Origin: Candidatus Woesearchaeota archaeon
Lineage (GTDB): Archaea > Nanobdellota > Nanobdellia > Woesearchaeales > UBA12501
Length of the DNA: 64,000 nucleotides
Direction of reading: 5' to 3'
Assembly (NCBI GenBank): GCA_046484055.1
Contig: JAWOBY010000066.1
Coordinates: forward strand, 18,928-82,927
The stretch's first letter is position 1; the number at the start of each line of letters is the position of its first letter. Below, piece after piece: positions 10,806-21,590 of the stretch. A model generated the notes under the pieces. The model was not told where the DNA came from. It made no database searches and saw only the letters and a program-made list of their open reading frames with translations. The position numbers were made by a program, and so were the translations under genes.

Positions 10806-11849
10806 TCAGGGCCTGTTCATCTCCACAGTCCTGGATATTGTCTGGCTGTAGCCGTAATTAAGCCTTACCTGCAGGGAGGTCTTATAACTCCCGTCCTCCT
10901 TGCTTATGATTCCTGGCTTAGTGGTGCAGATTATCCTGTCCTCATCCCCCCTTAGCTTGAGATTGACAGGCTCGCATCTTATATGGCCTGCCTTCATGGA
11001 ATATCCTGAGAATGATATGTCATCAATCCTCACTGTTTTTAAATCCTCATGGCTGAGAGGGGAGGCCGAGCATGCCTGCCTTACCTTTCCCGGACTCAAA
11101 ACAGTCCCTCTCCCTTTGTTAGATATATGTATTATGAACTGCGGCTTGATAGAATCATCCTCTCCTGCCATCATATTGACCTCGACCCTGTCAACAGAGA
11201 CCGGCGCCCCCTGCCCCCCTGAAAGTGATATATCCTCAACATTACAGGTTTTCTCCTGAGGGTTCATGTCATATATGTCCGTGTCAACACAGAAATCCCC
11301 GCTGGCGAAAGTCTCATACCCATAGCATGATGTGAAGGAGATGCTTGACTCGTGTGTCGTGCTCTGCCTCTCGAGGGGAAGGGCTTCAACATTCGCTAAA
11401 AAAACCTTATTCCCCCCTGAAGGGAGCATCTGCGATTTTCCGTCAAGATCAAATGAGACCTCCTCCCCGCTACCGCCTATCTGGTGTGCGTCCTTCTCAA
11501 GGTCCCATCCTTTTATCCTCATGTAATTATCCTCGACATTCAGGATCAGATAACCATTCTTTATGTCATGGGCCCCTTTATTATGCATTTCTATGCCTGC
11601 CTGGAAAGGCGCCACGCTGCCTTCCTCGGGAGCGATTATCTCTGAAGGGGGAGCATTCTTCAGGAAGGATACCTTCAACCCCTCAGTTCCAGTGTGTATC
11701 TCCACATCCTTTATGCCCTCATCAGGTTTTATGAGACTGCTGCAGCCCGCGGAAAGGATCATGCAGGAAATCATCACCAGGGCAAGGGCGGTTCCTGCTC
11801 CTCCTGCAGGCAGGGTCATGCCTGCTTTCAGCTCTTTAATTCTTATCAT
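10806..11849 (-). CDS. Lipoprotein, paralogue 3 of the tandem surface-protein family
   Basis: SAGC lipobox-like; GLKVSF..PP, NKGAHD, CYGYET...CVD.D, QGAPVSV, NKGRGTV, LNYGY. Confidence 0.75.
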   Translation of the reverse strand: MIRIKELKAGMTLPAGGAGTALALVMISCMILSAGCSSLIKPDEGIKDVEIHTGTEGLKVSFLKNAPPSEIIAPEEGSVAPFQAGIEMHNKGAHDIKNGYLILNVEDNYMRIKGWDLEKDAHQIGGSGEEVSFDLDGKSQMLPSGGNKVFLANVEALPLERQSTTHESSISFTSCYGYETFASGDFCVDTDIYDMNPQEKTCNVEDISLSGGQGAPVSVDRVEVNMMAGEDDSIKPQFIIHISNKGRGTVLSPGKVRQACSASPLSHEDLKTVRIDDISFSGYSMKAGHIRCEPVNLKLRGDEDRIICTTKPGIISKEDGSYKTSLQVRLNYGYSQTISRTVEMNRP

Positions 11850-14017
11850 ACTACCTCCACGTTCCATTTCCTTTCCTCTATCAGCTCGCCCTCCTTGCTG
11901 ACTGCCTGGAAGGTTATAACCGCGCTGCCTGCCTCATCTGATGAGAATATGTAAGATGTCTGGTCAGGCGCTGTCTCCTCCTTGACACCTTTGACACCCC
12001 ATGCGTATGAGATATCGCCAGGGTCCTTCAGGGTTACAGAGAATACCTCTTTCTCGCCCTTATCAAGCGTAATTGAGGATGATGAAGGGCTGTAGGAGAA
12101 TGATGGCTCGGCTTTCTTCTCCTGGCCCTCGCCGCCGGGGGTGACATTCTCATCGACAAGAGGCTCTTTGATCATGACAGAAGTGGATTTCTCAAGCTCA
12201 TACACGTAATCAACTGTGGTCTTGAAGTATTTGGTGACGAGAGGGTATGATCCCATGAGCATATTTATGTTTTTAGGCCTTGCCCTGCAGGCTATCGAGT
12301 GATAACCTTTGACATTCTTTATGCTGTTCAGGCCGAGCCTCCCCTCCTCTGCCTGATCCTTTATGGTATAAACCACTGAATATTTCCCGTCCTCGCACTC
12401 ATCCTCCCGGCATGGCCTTTTCTCAAATGCATGATCGCAGTATATTATCTCAAGAGATTCAGGTATCTTTATTATGATATCATTGACTTCCTTTATCTTG
12501 CCCTCCCACCCATTCTCAAGGGTTATGCCTAGCTTTATGTCCTGGGAGCTGGTGGGGCTCACACCCATAGGTACCTCAGAGGTCTCCATGCCAAGGGATA
12601 TCGGTCCGTTGGTGTACGTCGCCGAGGGCTTCTTGTCCTTTATCTCATACTGGTCCAGAGGGTCTATCCCTTCCCTCCTCATCGACCTGAGCGTTTCCAG
12701 GTTCATGAAGTATCCTTTTATGTATGACATTGTGCGGAAGTTGAAATCCGCTTTGACAAAGATGCTATTGGGGCCTTCTTCAAAGAAGCCTGGAGGGAAT
12801 TCGCATGTTATGTATTTCTCCTCCTCTGTGCTGGTCTTCATAACGAACTCATCATCATCTGATGTCGGATCCGCATCCCCTTTCTCCTTCTTCAGCTCAT
12901 AGTCCTCCATCTTCTCGCCCCAGCATGATGCAGTGACAGTAATTGTCTTGTCAGGGTCAAGAGTCCTCGCCAGCAGGGTGGCCCAGACGACAACCACTTC
13001 ATTGGAATAGAATTCTCTGGTGACGGGCTTGACATCCTTCAGGTAAACGCCTATCGGCCGGTTCTTGCCCTGCTCCACCCGGCCGGTATAATAATCCCCT
13101 GTGGCGTATTGTATCTGTTTCTCTGCTGTTTTCCTGACCTTGGATGGTATGCCCACTATCACTTTCCAGGAGAGCTGAAGGCCCTCCTTGAATTTTTCAC
13201 CTATCGTATTGATTGTGCCTGCAGCGCCTGTCTGCATCTGTCCTATGTCGAAGTCAATGGCTATCGAATTCCATATGAGTGGTATGAGGAGCACAAGCAC
13301 GAAAAAGACATATGCTACTCTTGCCACCCTGACCACTCTTGTTGTGGGCATGCCGAACATTATCACGATTGGCCAGACAGGCACGAGGATGAGGATCGTC
13401 TTTATTGTCTCCTCTATATTGAGAAGGTTGAATATGAACTCATTCATCAGCAGGAGCGGCAGGAAGAAAGCTATGGCTGATATCACAAGAGGGGGCACTA
13501 ATGCCTTCATATCGCCTATGCCCTGCTCGTGCTGGCTGAATATGAAGAGCCAGGCGAAGATTGCAAACATAAGGAGTATGATTGCTCTTGTTTTGGTAAA
13601 AGAGAACATATAAGGTGCGATACCATACGGCCCTACATCTAAAAAATGCAGAGCGAAAGACGCGAAAAGAAGTATGTTTATGGCCATGAACAGCTTCTGG
13701 CTGATCCTCCACGCGCCCTTTGCCCCTTTATAAGCCAATGATCCTGCGCCTGCGACCGTCGCTCCAGCAGCCACTCCTTTGAGGCCCGCACCCCTTATCT
13801 GTTCAGGAGTGGGTGTTGCCCTTCTCACGCCCCCTGAGAATCTTCTTGCCGCTCCGCCCATCCTGCCTGCGGCAGGGCCCGCTTTTCCCGCAGCACCTCC
13901 CAGCTTGCCCTTTGCCGAGCTTAATTTGCCTGCGAGGCTTCCAAGCTTTCCTTTCGCAGCGCCTCCTGCGCCCTTGAATTTTGTCCCTGCCTTGAGCAGT
14001 GATTCTTTCCAGCCCAT
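11846..14017 (-). CDS. Multi-pass membrane protein with a G/A/K-rich N-terminus and a large extracytoplasmic domain distantly related to the neighbouring paralogues
   Basis: Low-complexity basic N-terminus, about 5 TM segments, NGPISLGM / LENGWEG / DYVY motifs. Confidence 0.7.
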   Translation of the reverse strand: MGWKESLLKAGTKFKGAGGAAKGKLGSLAGKLSSAKGKLGGAAGKAGPAAGRMGGAARRFSGGVRRATPTPEQIRGAGLKGVAAGATVAGAGSLAYKGAKGAWRISQKLFMAINILLFASFALHFLDVGPYGIAPYMFSFTKTRAIILLMFAIFAWLFIFSQHEQGIGDMKALVPPLVISAIAFFLPLLLMNEFIFNLLNIEETIKTILILVPVWPIVIMFGMPTTRVVRVARVAYVFFVLVLLIPLIWNSIAIDFDIGQMQTGAAGTINTIGEKFKEGLQLSWKVIVGIPSKVRKTAEKQIQYATGDYYTGRVEQGKNRPIGVYLKDVKPVTREFYSNEVVVVWATLLARTLDPDKTITVTASCWGEKMEDYELKKEKGDADPTSDDDEFVMKTSTEEEKYITCEFPPGFFEEGPNSIFVKADFNFRTMSYIKGYFMNLETLRSMRREGIDPLDQYEIKDKKPSATYTNGPISLGMETSEVPMGVSPTSSQDIKLGITLENGWEGKIKEVNDIIIKIPESLEIIYCDHAFEKRPCREDECEDGKYSVVYTIKDQAEEGRLGLNSIKNVKGYHSIACRARPKNINMLMGSYPLVTKYFKTTVDYVYELEKSTSVMIKEPLVDENVTPGGEGQEKKAEPSFSYSPSSSSITLDKGEKEVFSVTLKDPGDISYAWGVKGVKEETAPDQTSYIFSSDEAGSAVITFQAVSKEGELIEERKWNVEVV

Positions 14018-14284
14018 CTTACCCTCTTTTAATCCTCTTATCCAGCTTGCTGTATCTTCACGAGGCTATGCCCCCTGATCTGGTGTTCCGTCCGATATGG
14101 CCTGTCCGATGATACGCACAATCCCTGAACCAATACTAAACAGGCAGTTAGCTCAGCAGGTTTTACATCGCATCCGTTCCCTGGGTGCGTACCACTGTCC
14201 TTCATTTCTGAGGCACCCTTCATACCATGGGCGATATATGATTATGTAATCATGTCAAAACAGCTTTGAGCGGGCGGCCTGCAC

Positions 14285-15505
14285 TCAGCTCTCCCTGGCA
14301 AGCACTTTCATGTTCACCACATCCAGCACTGTCTTGGGTTTTATCTCTATGACATTATTGCCTTCCCTTACCATGCTGTTTATGTTGAGGTCATAGGTCC
14401 TGTCCCTTGTGTCGATGCCCCTCTGGTGGTTGTTGACCCATATCTACGCCTTCTTCTGCTCTGTGTCGCCCACGAACTCAAAGTAAAGAATTACATCAAT
14501 ATCCCCTTCTACAATATCATCATGTATCGACTTGTTTATCTCAAAATAGTAGGTGGGGTATACCATCTCTTTCAGATCGGTCTTCACCACTATGTTGTCT
14601 ATCAGGTATGATCCTTCTGTTGTGCTGAATTTGAGCTTGTTCTCGCCGCTCAGCAGGAGATGAGGCGACACCTCAAGGGGCCTGAGGATACCGCAGTCAG
14701 GCACTGACGAGTATATCCTGTTGTTGTTCAGCACTATCTCAAGAGGGCCCACTTCCTTGATGTCACAGTCAGGGAAGAACTTGACGAAAACCCTGTCAAG
14801 GTTGTTCTTCTCTGTGCCCGTCACCTGGAACACCAGCTCTGACTCCCTGGTGCTGACATCAGTGACATCAGCTGTTATCTTTATGTTCTCAAGTATGTAT
14901 TCGTTAGTGCGCCAGAACTTCCACCCGACGCCTGAGACCATGATCTCCAGAGTGTTATGGTCCTCAAGCAGCCTTTTCGGGAGCTTTATGGGTTCGGCAT
15001 TTGCAGAATTGAATTCATTATTGACGATCTCATTGCCGTTCAGCTTCATGATGAGCCTGCCCCTCCTGTTCTTGACATTGAATGAGAGCAGGATATCCTC
15101 AGTGTGCTCTATCTCGGGTATGGAGAATGTTAGATTCACCTTTGACTTGTCGAACCAGGCGTTCTTCACGTAGATGGACTGCCTGGACTGGAGAACCACT
15201 GCATCAGTGGTGGTATAGAGGTTCACTGACGGCAGTGTGTGCTCGACTTCCTTCTGCGATATATAATCAAGCCTGCCCGGACTCTCGACCAGGAGCGTGG
15301 AGTTCGGCCCTGACAATGAAGTGCCCCCTCCGCTGTCTGCCGTAGTGTTCTCATCAAGAAGCTCCGCCCTGTCCTCAGGGGGGATCATGAGTATGTATAT
15401 CACTATCAATGCCGCTATAACACCTACAAGAACCGCCGCGCTCGCGCCGCTAAGGCCTGAAGGCTGCCCTTTTTTTGACCTGATAAGCCTGATATCAAGC
15501 TTCAT
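14285..15505 (-). pseudogene. Class III (type IV pilin-like) signal-peptide protein interrupted by an in-frame TAG at 14444-14446
   Basis: MKLDIRLIRSKKGQ followed by a hydrophobic stretch; after ...EQKKA-TAG the frame continues IWVNNHQRGID...VREGNNVIEIKPKTVLDVVNMKVLARES-TGA. Confidence 0.65.
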
Positions 15506-15611
15506 ATCGGTAAAATAAATAGCTTTATATATAAATGTTTTTCTGTTTTCCCCTGAATCAGGCATTTCCGGCCCTGAATGAAGGGCCCCTGCTACATACG
15601 CCGAGGTGCAT

Positions 15612-16676
15612 ATGATGAAGGTTATCCATTCTGACTTCAGGAAAGGCGAAGTGAAGATTGCTGTTGACAGCCTTGACGATTTGTGGTATCTGAGCAACAT
15701 AATAGAGAACGGCGACACAGTGAAAGGTCAGACTGTGAGGAAGATAAAGCTCGGAGAAGAAGGGGACAGGAAGACGAGCATAAACAAGAGGAATGTATTT
15801 CTTTCAATCAGTGTGGAGAATGTTGAGTTCCATAAGTATTCAAACAGCCTCAGGATTTCAGGGGTGATAGCGGAAGGGCCTGAGGATGTTGCAAGAGGAT
15901 CCCACCACACATTCAATGTTGAAGAGGGCACAAAGCTGACAATACAGAAGGAGAGCTGGCCTGAATTCCAGAAGAAAAGGCTTAAGGAGGCATCCCAGCA
16001 GAAGGCCGCGAGCATACTGATCTGTATCATGGACAGGGAGGAGGCATACTTTGCGCTCATGAAAAGCTCAGGGTATGAGCTGCTCTCAACGATAAAAGGA
16101 GAGGTGGAGAGGAAGGACAGGGAATCGCAGAAGGGAAGGGATTTTTATGGCGAGATAATATCCGCGCTGAAGAACTATGATGAGAGATACAAGCTTGACA
16201 GGATAGTGCTGGCCAGCCCCGCCTTCTGGAAGGAGGACCTCATGAACTCTCTGAAGGATGAGGGGCTGAAAAAGAGGATAGTCCTGGCGAACTGCTCAAG
16301 CTCTGACGAGAAGGCATTCAATGAAGTGCTCAAGAGGCCTGAGGTGCAGGAAGCGCTGAGGCAGGACCGCATGACAAGAGAGATCAACAAGGTGGAGAGG
16401 CTGCTCGCAGAGATCTCCAAAGGAGGCCCCGCTTCTTACGGCCTGAGGCAGGTCGAGCAGGCGGCCGCAGCTGGCGCTGTGGAGGAGCTCCTCATAACAG
16501 ACTCATGCATAAATGATTCAAGGCAGTCCGGAGAGTATGAAATGATAGACAAACTCCTGAAGACAGCGGAATCCTCAGGGGGTGAGATCCACATGATAAG
16601 CTCTGAACATGACGGGGGGAAGAAGCTTGACGGACTCGGGGGCATTGGGGCGATGCTGAGGTACCGGATGGAATGA
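15612..16676 (+). CDS. pelA: Pelota (Dom34) ribosome rescue factor
   Basis: DDLWYL, LRISG.I, G.HHT, GAVEELLITD, SSEH..GKKL.GLGGIGAMLRY. Confidence 0.95.
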   Translation: MMKVIHSDFRKGEVKIAVDSLDDLWYLSNIIENGDTVKGQTVRKIKLGEEGDRKTSINKRNVFLSISVENVEFHKYSNSLRISGVIAEGPEDVARGSHHTFNVEEGTKLTIQKESWPEFQKKRLKEASQQKAASILICIMDREEAYFALMKSSGYELLSTIKGEVERKDRESQKGRDFYGEIISALKNYDERYKLDRIVLASPAFWKEDLMNSLKDEGLKKRIVLANCSSSDEKAFNEVLKRPEVQEALRQDRMTREINKVERLLAEISKGGPASYGLRQVEQAAAAGAVEELLITDSCINDSRQSGEYEMIDKLLKTAESSGGEIHMISSEHDGGKKLDGLGGIGAMLRYRME

Positions 16677-16753
16677 CACTGCCCATCATGCTATGTGCTG
16701 ATGCCATGGAATATGCAGGGGGCATCATCAGACAGGCATCTGGCGTCAAACTT

Positions 16754-17779
16754 TCATGCGCCAAGAAGCTCTCTAACCTCTCTCGCAATCATCCTTGCCT
16801 CATCAGTCCTCACCGTGAGGACATTCTTTATCCTGAGATGGCCAAGATACTTTCTTATCCTGTTCCTTATGGCAGCGCTGTTCTCACCAATCCCTCCTGT
16901 GAAAACAAGCATGTCTATCCCGTTCATGGCGGCCGCATACGCGCCTATGTATTTGGCGGCGCGATAGCAGAACACATCCACTGCCAGCTTCGCTTTCCTG
17001 CTCTTCGATTCCAGAAGTTTTCTCATGTCACTGCTGAGGCCTGATATGCCGAGCAGGCCTGATTCCTTGTTGAGCATATTGTGTATCCTTTTAGGGCTGT
17101 GTCCTTTTGCTGTCAGGAACTGCATTATCCCTGGATCTATGTCCCCGCTCCTCGTGCCCATCACAAGGCCTTCCAGAGGGGTCATGCCCATCGATGTGTC
17201 TATGCTCTTTCCGTTCCTTATTGCTGTTACAGAACAACCATTGCCCAAGTGGCAGGTAACTATCCTCTGCTTTCTTATGTCTTTCCTAAGCCTCCGGCAT
17301 GCCTCATGCGCGACATACTTGTGGCTCGTGCCGTGGAATCCATATCTTCTTATCCTGTGCCTGCCTGACACATCAGAAGGAATCGCGTAGGTATACGCCT
17401 TTTCGGGCATGCTCTGATGGAATGCTGTGTCAAAGACAGCGATCTGTGGCTTGTCGAATATCCTCCTGCATATCCTTATCCCCTCGATCTCTGAGGGGTT
17501 GTGCAAGGGCGCAAGATCAGAAACCTTCTCAAGTTCCTTCATCAGAGCGCTGTTTATCCTTTGGGGCCTCTCAATCCTTCCTCCGTGCACAACGCGGTGG
17601 CCGACAGCATCTATGCTTATGCCCTTCCTGCTTATGATGCCCGATACCTTCAGCATCACCTTCCTGAAGTCATCTTTCTTTTTCAGTCCTTCAATGATGC
17701 CCTTGATCATCCTTTTTTCGTTGTCAAACACCTCATACTTGACAGAAGAGGACCCCACATTGAAAACCAGCACTTTCAT
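16754..17779 (-). CDS. ackA: Acetate kinase
   Basis: NVGSSSVK, GHRVVHGG, LAPLHNP, FDTAFH, YGFHGTSH, HLGNGCS, GTRSGD.DP, FTGGIGEN. Confidence 0.97.
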   Translation of the reverse strand: MKVLVFNVGSSSVKYEVFDNEKRMIKGIIEGLKKKDDFRKVMLKVSGIISRKGISIDAVGHRVVHGGRIERPQRINSALMKELEKVSDLAPLHNPSEIEGIRICRRIFDKPQIAVFDTAFHQSMPEKAYTYAIPSDVSGRHRIRRYGFHGTSHKYVAHEACRRLRKDIRKQRIVTCHLGNGCSVTAIRNGKSIDTSMGMTPLEGLVMGTRSGDIDPGIMQFLTAKGHSPKRIHNMLNKESGLLGISGLSSDMRKLLESKSRKAKLAVDVFCYRAAKYIGAYAAAMNGIDMLVFTGGIGENSAAIRNRIRKYLGHLRIKNVLTVRTDEARMIAREVRELLGA

Positions 17780-17920
17780 TTTTCATCCACCACCTTTTAC
17801 GGCCTTCTTCATCAGCAGTATCGAATAGTATCATCCGGCAGTGTATATAAATTTTTTCAATGTATGCGATGCATGCCTTTCAAAAGATTTAAATAAAAAG
17901 CAGTGGAGGGACTATCTATC

Positions 17921-19915
17921 ATGGGAGATGAGAGGGGGCCTTCAGGTCCTGAAGAGAAAGAGGAAAAAGAGGTGCTGAGCGGGGGGGCGCATGATAGGTT
18001 TCCCCCTCCCGAATGGTTCAGGCAGAAGGCCCGCATAAAAAGTTTTGAGGAGTATGAGAGGGAATACAACAGATCAATAGAGGATCCTGATTCTTACTGG
18101 AAAGACAAGGCGGAACAGATTGACTGGTTCGAAAAGAAAGACGGAAAGATATACTTCTGGGACGAAAAGGAGAGTATCTGCAAGTGGTTTGAGGGATGGA
18201 AGCTCAACGCATGCTACAACTGCATTGACAGGCACCTTGCTGACAAGGGGGAAAAGACAGCGATAATCTGGCAGGGCGAACCTGAAGATGATAAGAGGAC
18301 CTTCACGTACAAGGAGCTGCACAGGGAGGTGTGCAGGTTCGCCAATGTGCTAAAATCAAAAGGCGTAAAGAAAGGTGACAGGGTATGCGTCTATCTTCCT
18401 ATGATACCTGAGCTTGCGATAAGCATGCTCGCCTGCGCAAGGATAGGGGCGGTCCATTCCGTTGTTTTTGCTGCGTTCAGCCCCGCCGCATTGAGGGACA
18501 GGATTGATGATTCAAAAGCAAAACTCCTTATCACCGCAGACGGCAGTTTCAGGAAAGGCAGGGTGTATCCGATAAAACAGAATGCTGATGAGGCCCTAAG
18601 TGAGGGATGCGGAAGCATAGAGAACGTGATCGTGGTCAGAAGGACAGGAAGCGAGACAGACATGAAAGAGGAGAGGGACACCTGGCTGGACGAGGAGATC
18701 AAGGTTGTGTCTGATGAGTGCGAGGCAGAAGAGATGGACGCAGAGGATATGCTGTTCATACTCTACACCAGCGGGACCACAGGCAAGCCTAAGGGCGTTG
18801 TCCACACCACAGGAGGGTACCTGCTTTACGCCTACCAGACATTCAAGTGGGTGTTTGATATAAGGGATGAGGATATATACTGGTGTACTGCTGACATCTG
18901 CTGGATAACAGGCCATAGTTACATAGTTTACGGGCCCCTGGCGAACGCCGCCACCACTGTGATGTTTGAAGGGGCCCCGACATATCCCGAGCCTGACAGG
19001 TTCTGGAAGATCGTTGAGGACCTTAAAGTAAGCGTATTCTACACTGCTCCCACTGCAGTGAGAGCGCTTGCAGCAGAGGGCGATGAATGGCCAAAAAAGC
19101 ATGATCTCAGCAGCCTGAGACTACTGGGCAGTGTGGGCGAGCCCATAAACCCTGAGGCGTGGAGATGGTATCATGATAATATAGGGAGAGGGGAATGCCC
19201 AATTGTTGACACGTGGTGGCAGACAGAGACAGGTGGGATAATGATAACTCCTCTTCCTGGAGCGATGGATCTCAAGCCGGGATGCGCGATGAAGCCTTTT
19301 CCAGGCGTCAATCCTGCAGTGCTGAGGGAAGACGGCTCTGAAGCAGAGAGGGAAGAGAATGGTTATCTCGTGATAAAACAGCCATGGCCGGGAATGCTGA
19401 GAACATTATACAACAACCATGAGAGATTCAGGGAAACATACTTCTCAAGGTTCAGGGGGATGTATTTCACAGGGGACGGCGCTAAGAGAGACATCGAGGG
19501 GGACATCTGGCTGATGGGAAGGATTGATGATGTCATAAATGTCTCAGGTCACAGGGTGGGCACTGCAGAGATTGAAAGCGCACTGGTGAAGCATGGTGAT
19601 GTCGCTGAAGCTGCGGTCGTGCCTTACCCCCACAAGATAAAGGGAAGTGGGATCTATGCCTTTGTCACGCTCAACAAGGGTGTGGAGAAGAGCGAAGACC
19701 TGAAAAAATCCCTTACTGGACTGGTTTGTGATGAGATAAGCAAGGTCGTAAAGCCGGATAAGATACAGTTCTCTGATGCCCTGCCCAAGACAAGATCAGG
19801 CAAGATAATGCGGCGCATACTCAGGAAGATAGCTGAAGGATCACAGGATATAGGGGATACGTCAACGCTTGCTGACCCTTCAGTCGTTGATAAGCTGCTT
19901 GAAGAGAGGCAATGA
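17921..19915 (+). CDS. acs: AMP-forming acetyl-CoA synthetase
   Basis: [45 protein letters not shown]. Confidence 0.97.
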   Translation: MGDERGPSGPEEKEEKEVLSGGAHDRFPPPEWFRQKARIKSFEEYEREYNRSIEDPDSYWKDKAEQIDWFEKKDGKIYFWDEKESICKWFEGWKLNACYNCIDRHLADKGEKTAIIWQGEPEDDKRTFTYKELHREVCRFANVLKSKGVKKGDRVCVYLPMIPELAISMLACARIGAVHSVVFAAFSPAALRDRIDDSKAKLLITADGSFRKGRVYPIKQNADEALSEGCGSIENVIVVRRTGSETDMKEERDTWLDEEIKVVSDECEAEEMDAEDMLFILYTSGTTGKPKGVVHTTGGYLLYAYQTFKWVFDIRDEDIYWCTADICWITGHSYIVYGPLANAATTVMFEGAPTYPEPDRFWKIVEDLKVSVFYTAPTAVRALAAEGDEWPKKHDLSSLRLLGSVGEPINPEAWRWYHDNIGRGECPIVDTWWQTETGGIMITPLPGAMDLKPGCAMKPFPGVNPAVLREDGSEAEREENGYLVIKQPWPGMLRTLYNNHERFRETYFSRFRGMYFTGDGAKRDIEGDIWLMGRIDDVINVSGHRVGTAEIESALVKHGDVAEAAVVPYPHKIKGSGIYAFVTLNKGVEKSEDLKKSLTGLVCDEISKVVKPDKIQFSDALPKTRSGKIMRRILRKIAEGSQDIGDTSTLADPSVVDKLLEERQ

Positions 19916-19976
19916 ACACATCTCATGCGCACACACAGCCGAAAAATTTGATCAAAACGATGCCGGAAGATTGCTG

Positions 19977-20243
19977 ATGTCTCTGGAAAAAATAAGGGTG
20001 ATGGTGCAGCAGGCTGAATTCATGAGCCAGGATGACATAGAAGAGATAAAGGAATGCATAGGCCTTCTGAAAAAGAGTGAATGTTCTGATGGCAGGGTTC
20101 TTGAAGAGCATTTCTTCACAAAAGAGTTTGGTTTCCCAAAAGACTGGAAAGAATACAAATGGTATGTTGTCCAGATGCTGGACGAGTATTGTATAGTGAC
20201 TCCTGAGGAAGCAAGGAAATTCTATGACAGGGGCCTCATATAA
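19977..20243 (+). CDS. Hypothetical protein; start uncertain, possible frameshifted 5' end from 19912
   Basis: Protein-like ORF directly downstream of acs. Confidence 0.45.
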   Translation: MSLEKIRVMVQQAEFMSQDDIEEIKECIGLLKKSECSDGRVLEEHFFTKEFGFPKDWKEYKWYVVQMLDEYCIVTPEEARKFYDRGLI

Positions 20244-20367
20244 TCCAGGGCATCAGAGCGCTCTCAATGGAAAGGGATTGAGGGAAGGGCGAACCTGATG
20301 GGGGTGGGATGGTGAATGTGAATGGGATTTATGAATGGGTTTTACAAGAGCGGACGCATTCGCCTCG

Positions 20368-21390
20368 TCAGTCCGCCTGCTCATGCGCATTCCCGTAATC
20401 CTTCTTTTGCGCTTCGATTACTGTTATGGCTGTTATGTCTACAATCTCCCGGACAGAACACCCCCTTGAGAGGTCATTAACCGGTTTTTTCAGGCCCTGA
20501 AGCACCGGCCCTACAGCCTGGGCCTTGCCGAAGAATGTTGCGAGCTTGTATCCTATGTTGGCTGCATTGAGCTCAGGGAATATGAGGACATTCGCTCCGC
20601 CATGCAGTTTGCAGTCAGGGCATTTTATCCTGCATACCTTGGGATCCACAGCAGCGTCAAGCTGCAATTCACCGTCAATGAGAAGGTCCGGAGCGTGGTA
20701 TTGGGCTATCTCTGTGGCTTCTTTCACTTTTTTCACCATCGGATGCTTCGCTGAACCCTTTGTGGAGAATGACAGCATCGCCACCTCGGGCTCCAGACCG
20801 AACCTTTTTGCGGTCATGGCGGTATCGATGGCTATGTTGGCCAGGTCTTTCGCGTCAGGATCCGGCTCCACAGCAGCATCAGCGAAAAGCATCAGCTTGT
20901 TCTTGAACATCATGAAGAATACCCCTGATACCTTATGGAACTTCTTCTTGGTCCCTATTATCTCGAATGCAGGCAGAAGGGTATGCGATGTGGGATGCAC
21001 AGCACCTGATATGAGGCCATCCGCATCCCCTGTCTGGACCATCATCACCCCGAAATGGACGGGTTCTTTCATTTTCTTCCTTGCCTTTTCAAGGGTGATC
21101 CCCTTGTGTTTCCTCAGCCTGTAAAACTCCTGGGAGTAAGAGTCAAGTTTCTTTGAATCCTCTGCCCCTATTATTTCGACCGTGTTCCGATCTATTGCGA
21201 GCCCGAGCTCTTTTATCCTGCCTATAATCTCTTTCTCATCGCCAATGAGGACAGGGCAGGCGATGCCTTCCCTTGTTATGGTTTCTATGGCCTTCAGTGT
21301 CCTTTCCTCTGTGGATTCAGGGTAGACTATCCTCTTGGGTTTTTTCTTTGCTTCTTCAATCCATTTTTCCATTATTTTTCTCATTGCCAT
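20368..21390 (-). CDS. pta: Phosphate acetyltransferase
   Basis: RIVYPE, ADGLISGA, AMLSFSTKGS, DGELQLDAA, NIGYK, GPVLQGLKKPVNDLSRGC. Confidence 0.96.
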   Translation of the reverse strand: MAMRKIMEKWIEEAKKKPKRIVYPESTEERTLKAIETITREGIACPVLIGDEKEIIGRIKELGLAIDRNTVEIIGAEDSKKLDSYSQEFYRLRKHKGITLEKARKKMKEPVHFGVMMVQTGDADGLISGAVHPTSHTLLPAFEIIGTKKKFHKVSGVFFMMFKNKLMLFADAAVEPDPDAKDLANIAIDTAMTAKRFGLEPEVAMLSFSTKGSAKHPMVKKVKEATEIAQYHAPDLLIDGELQLDAAVDPKVCRIKCPDCKLHGGANVLIFPELNAANIGYKLATFFGKAQAVGPVLQGLKKPVNDLSRGCSVREIVDITAITVIEAQKKDYGNAHEQAD

Positions 21391-21521
21391 CTCGTAAGAT
21401 ATTCCATTATTTAAAAATTTGCACATACCGTGCAGGTCATACCCTGCCCAACCCCCCTAAACCCCTACTCAAAGGGGATGTTTCACATCTATAAGAGAGT
21501 GAAAAACCGTAACATATTAAT

Positions 21522-21533
21522 AGTAGTACTACT
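21522..21533. promoter_or_regulatory. Perfect palindrome AGTAGTACTACT between divergent pta and trmB; candidate operator
   Basis: 12-bp palindrome just downstream of an AT-rich CATATTAAT element. Confidence 0.35.
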
Positions 21534-21590
21534 TTTTCATTCACTGGGCAGGTAAAAATCGCCCAAAAAAAGAAAAAAGGGGGTTGGAAA

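Noticed and set aside
14444-14446. Genome-wide TAG reassignment or pyrrolysine
   Set aside because: TAG ends conserved genes at their expected C-termini (trm5-like, trmB copy A, cdc6, iscS), and no pyl genes are seen
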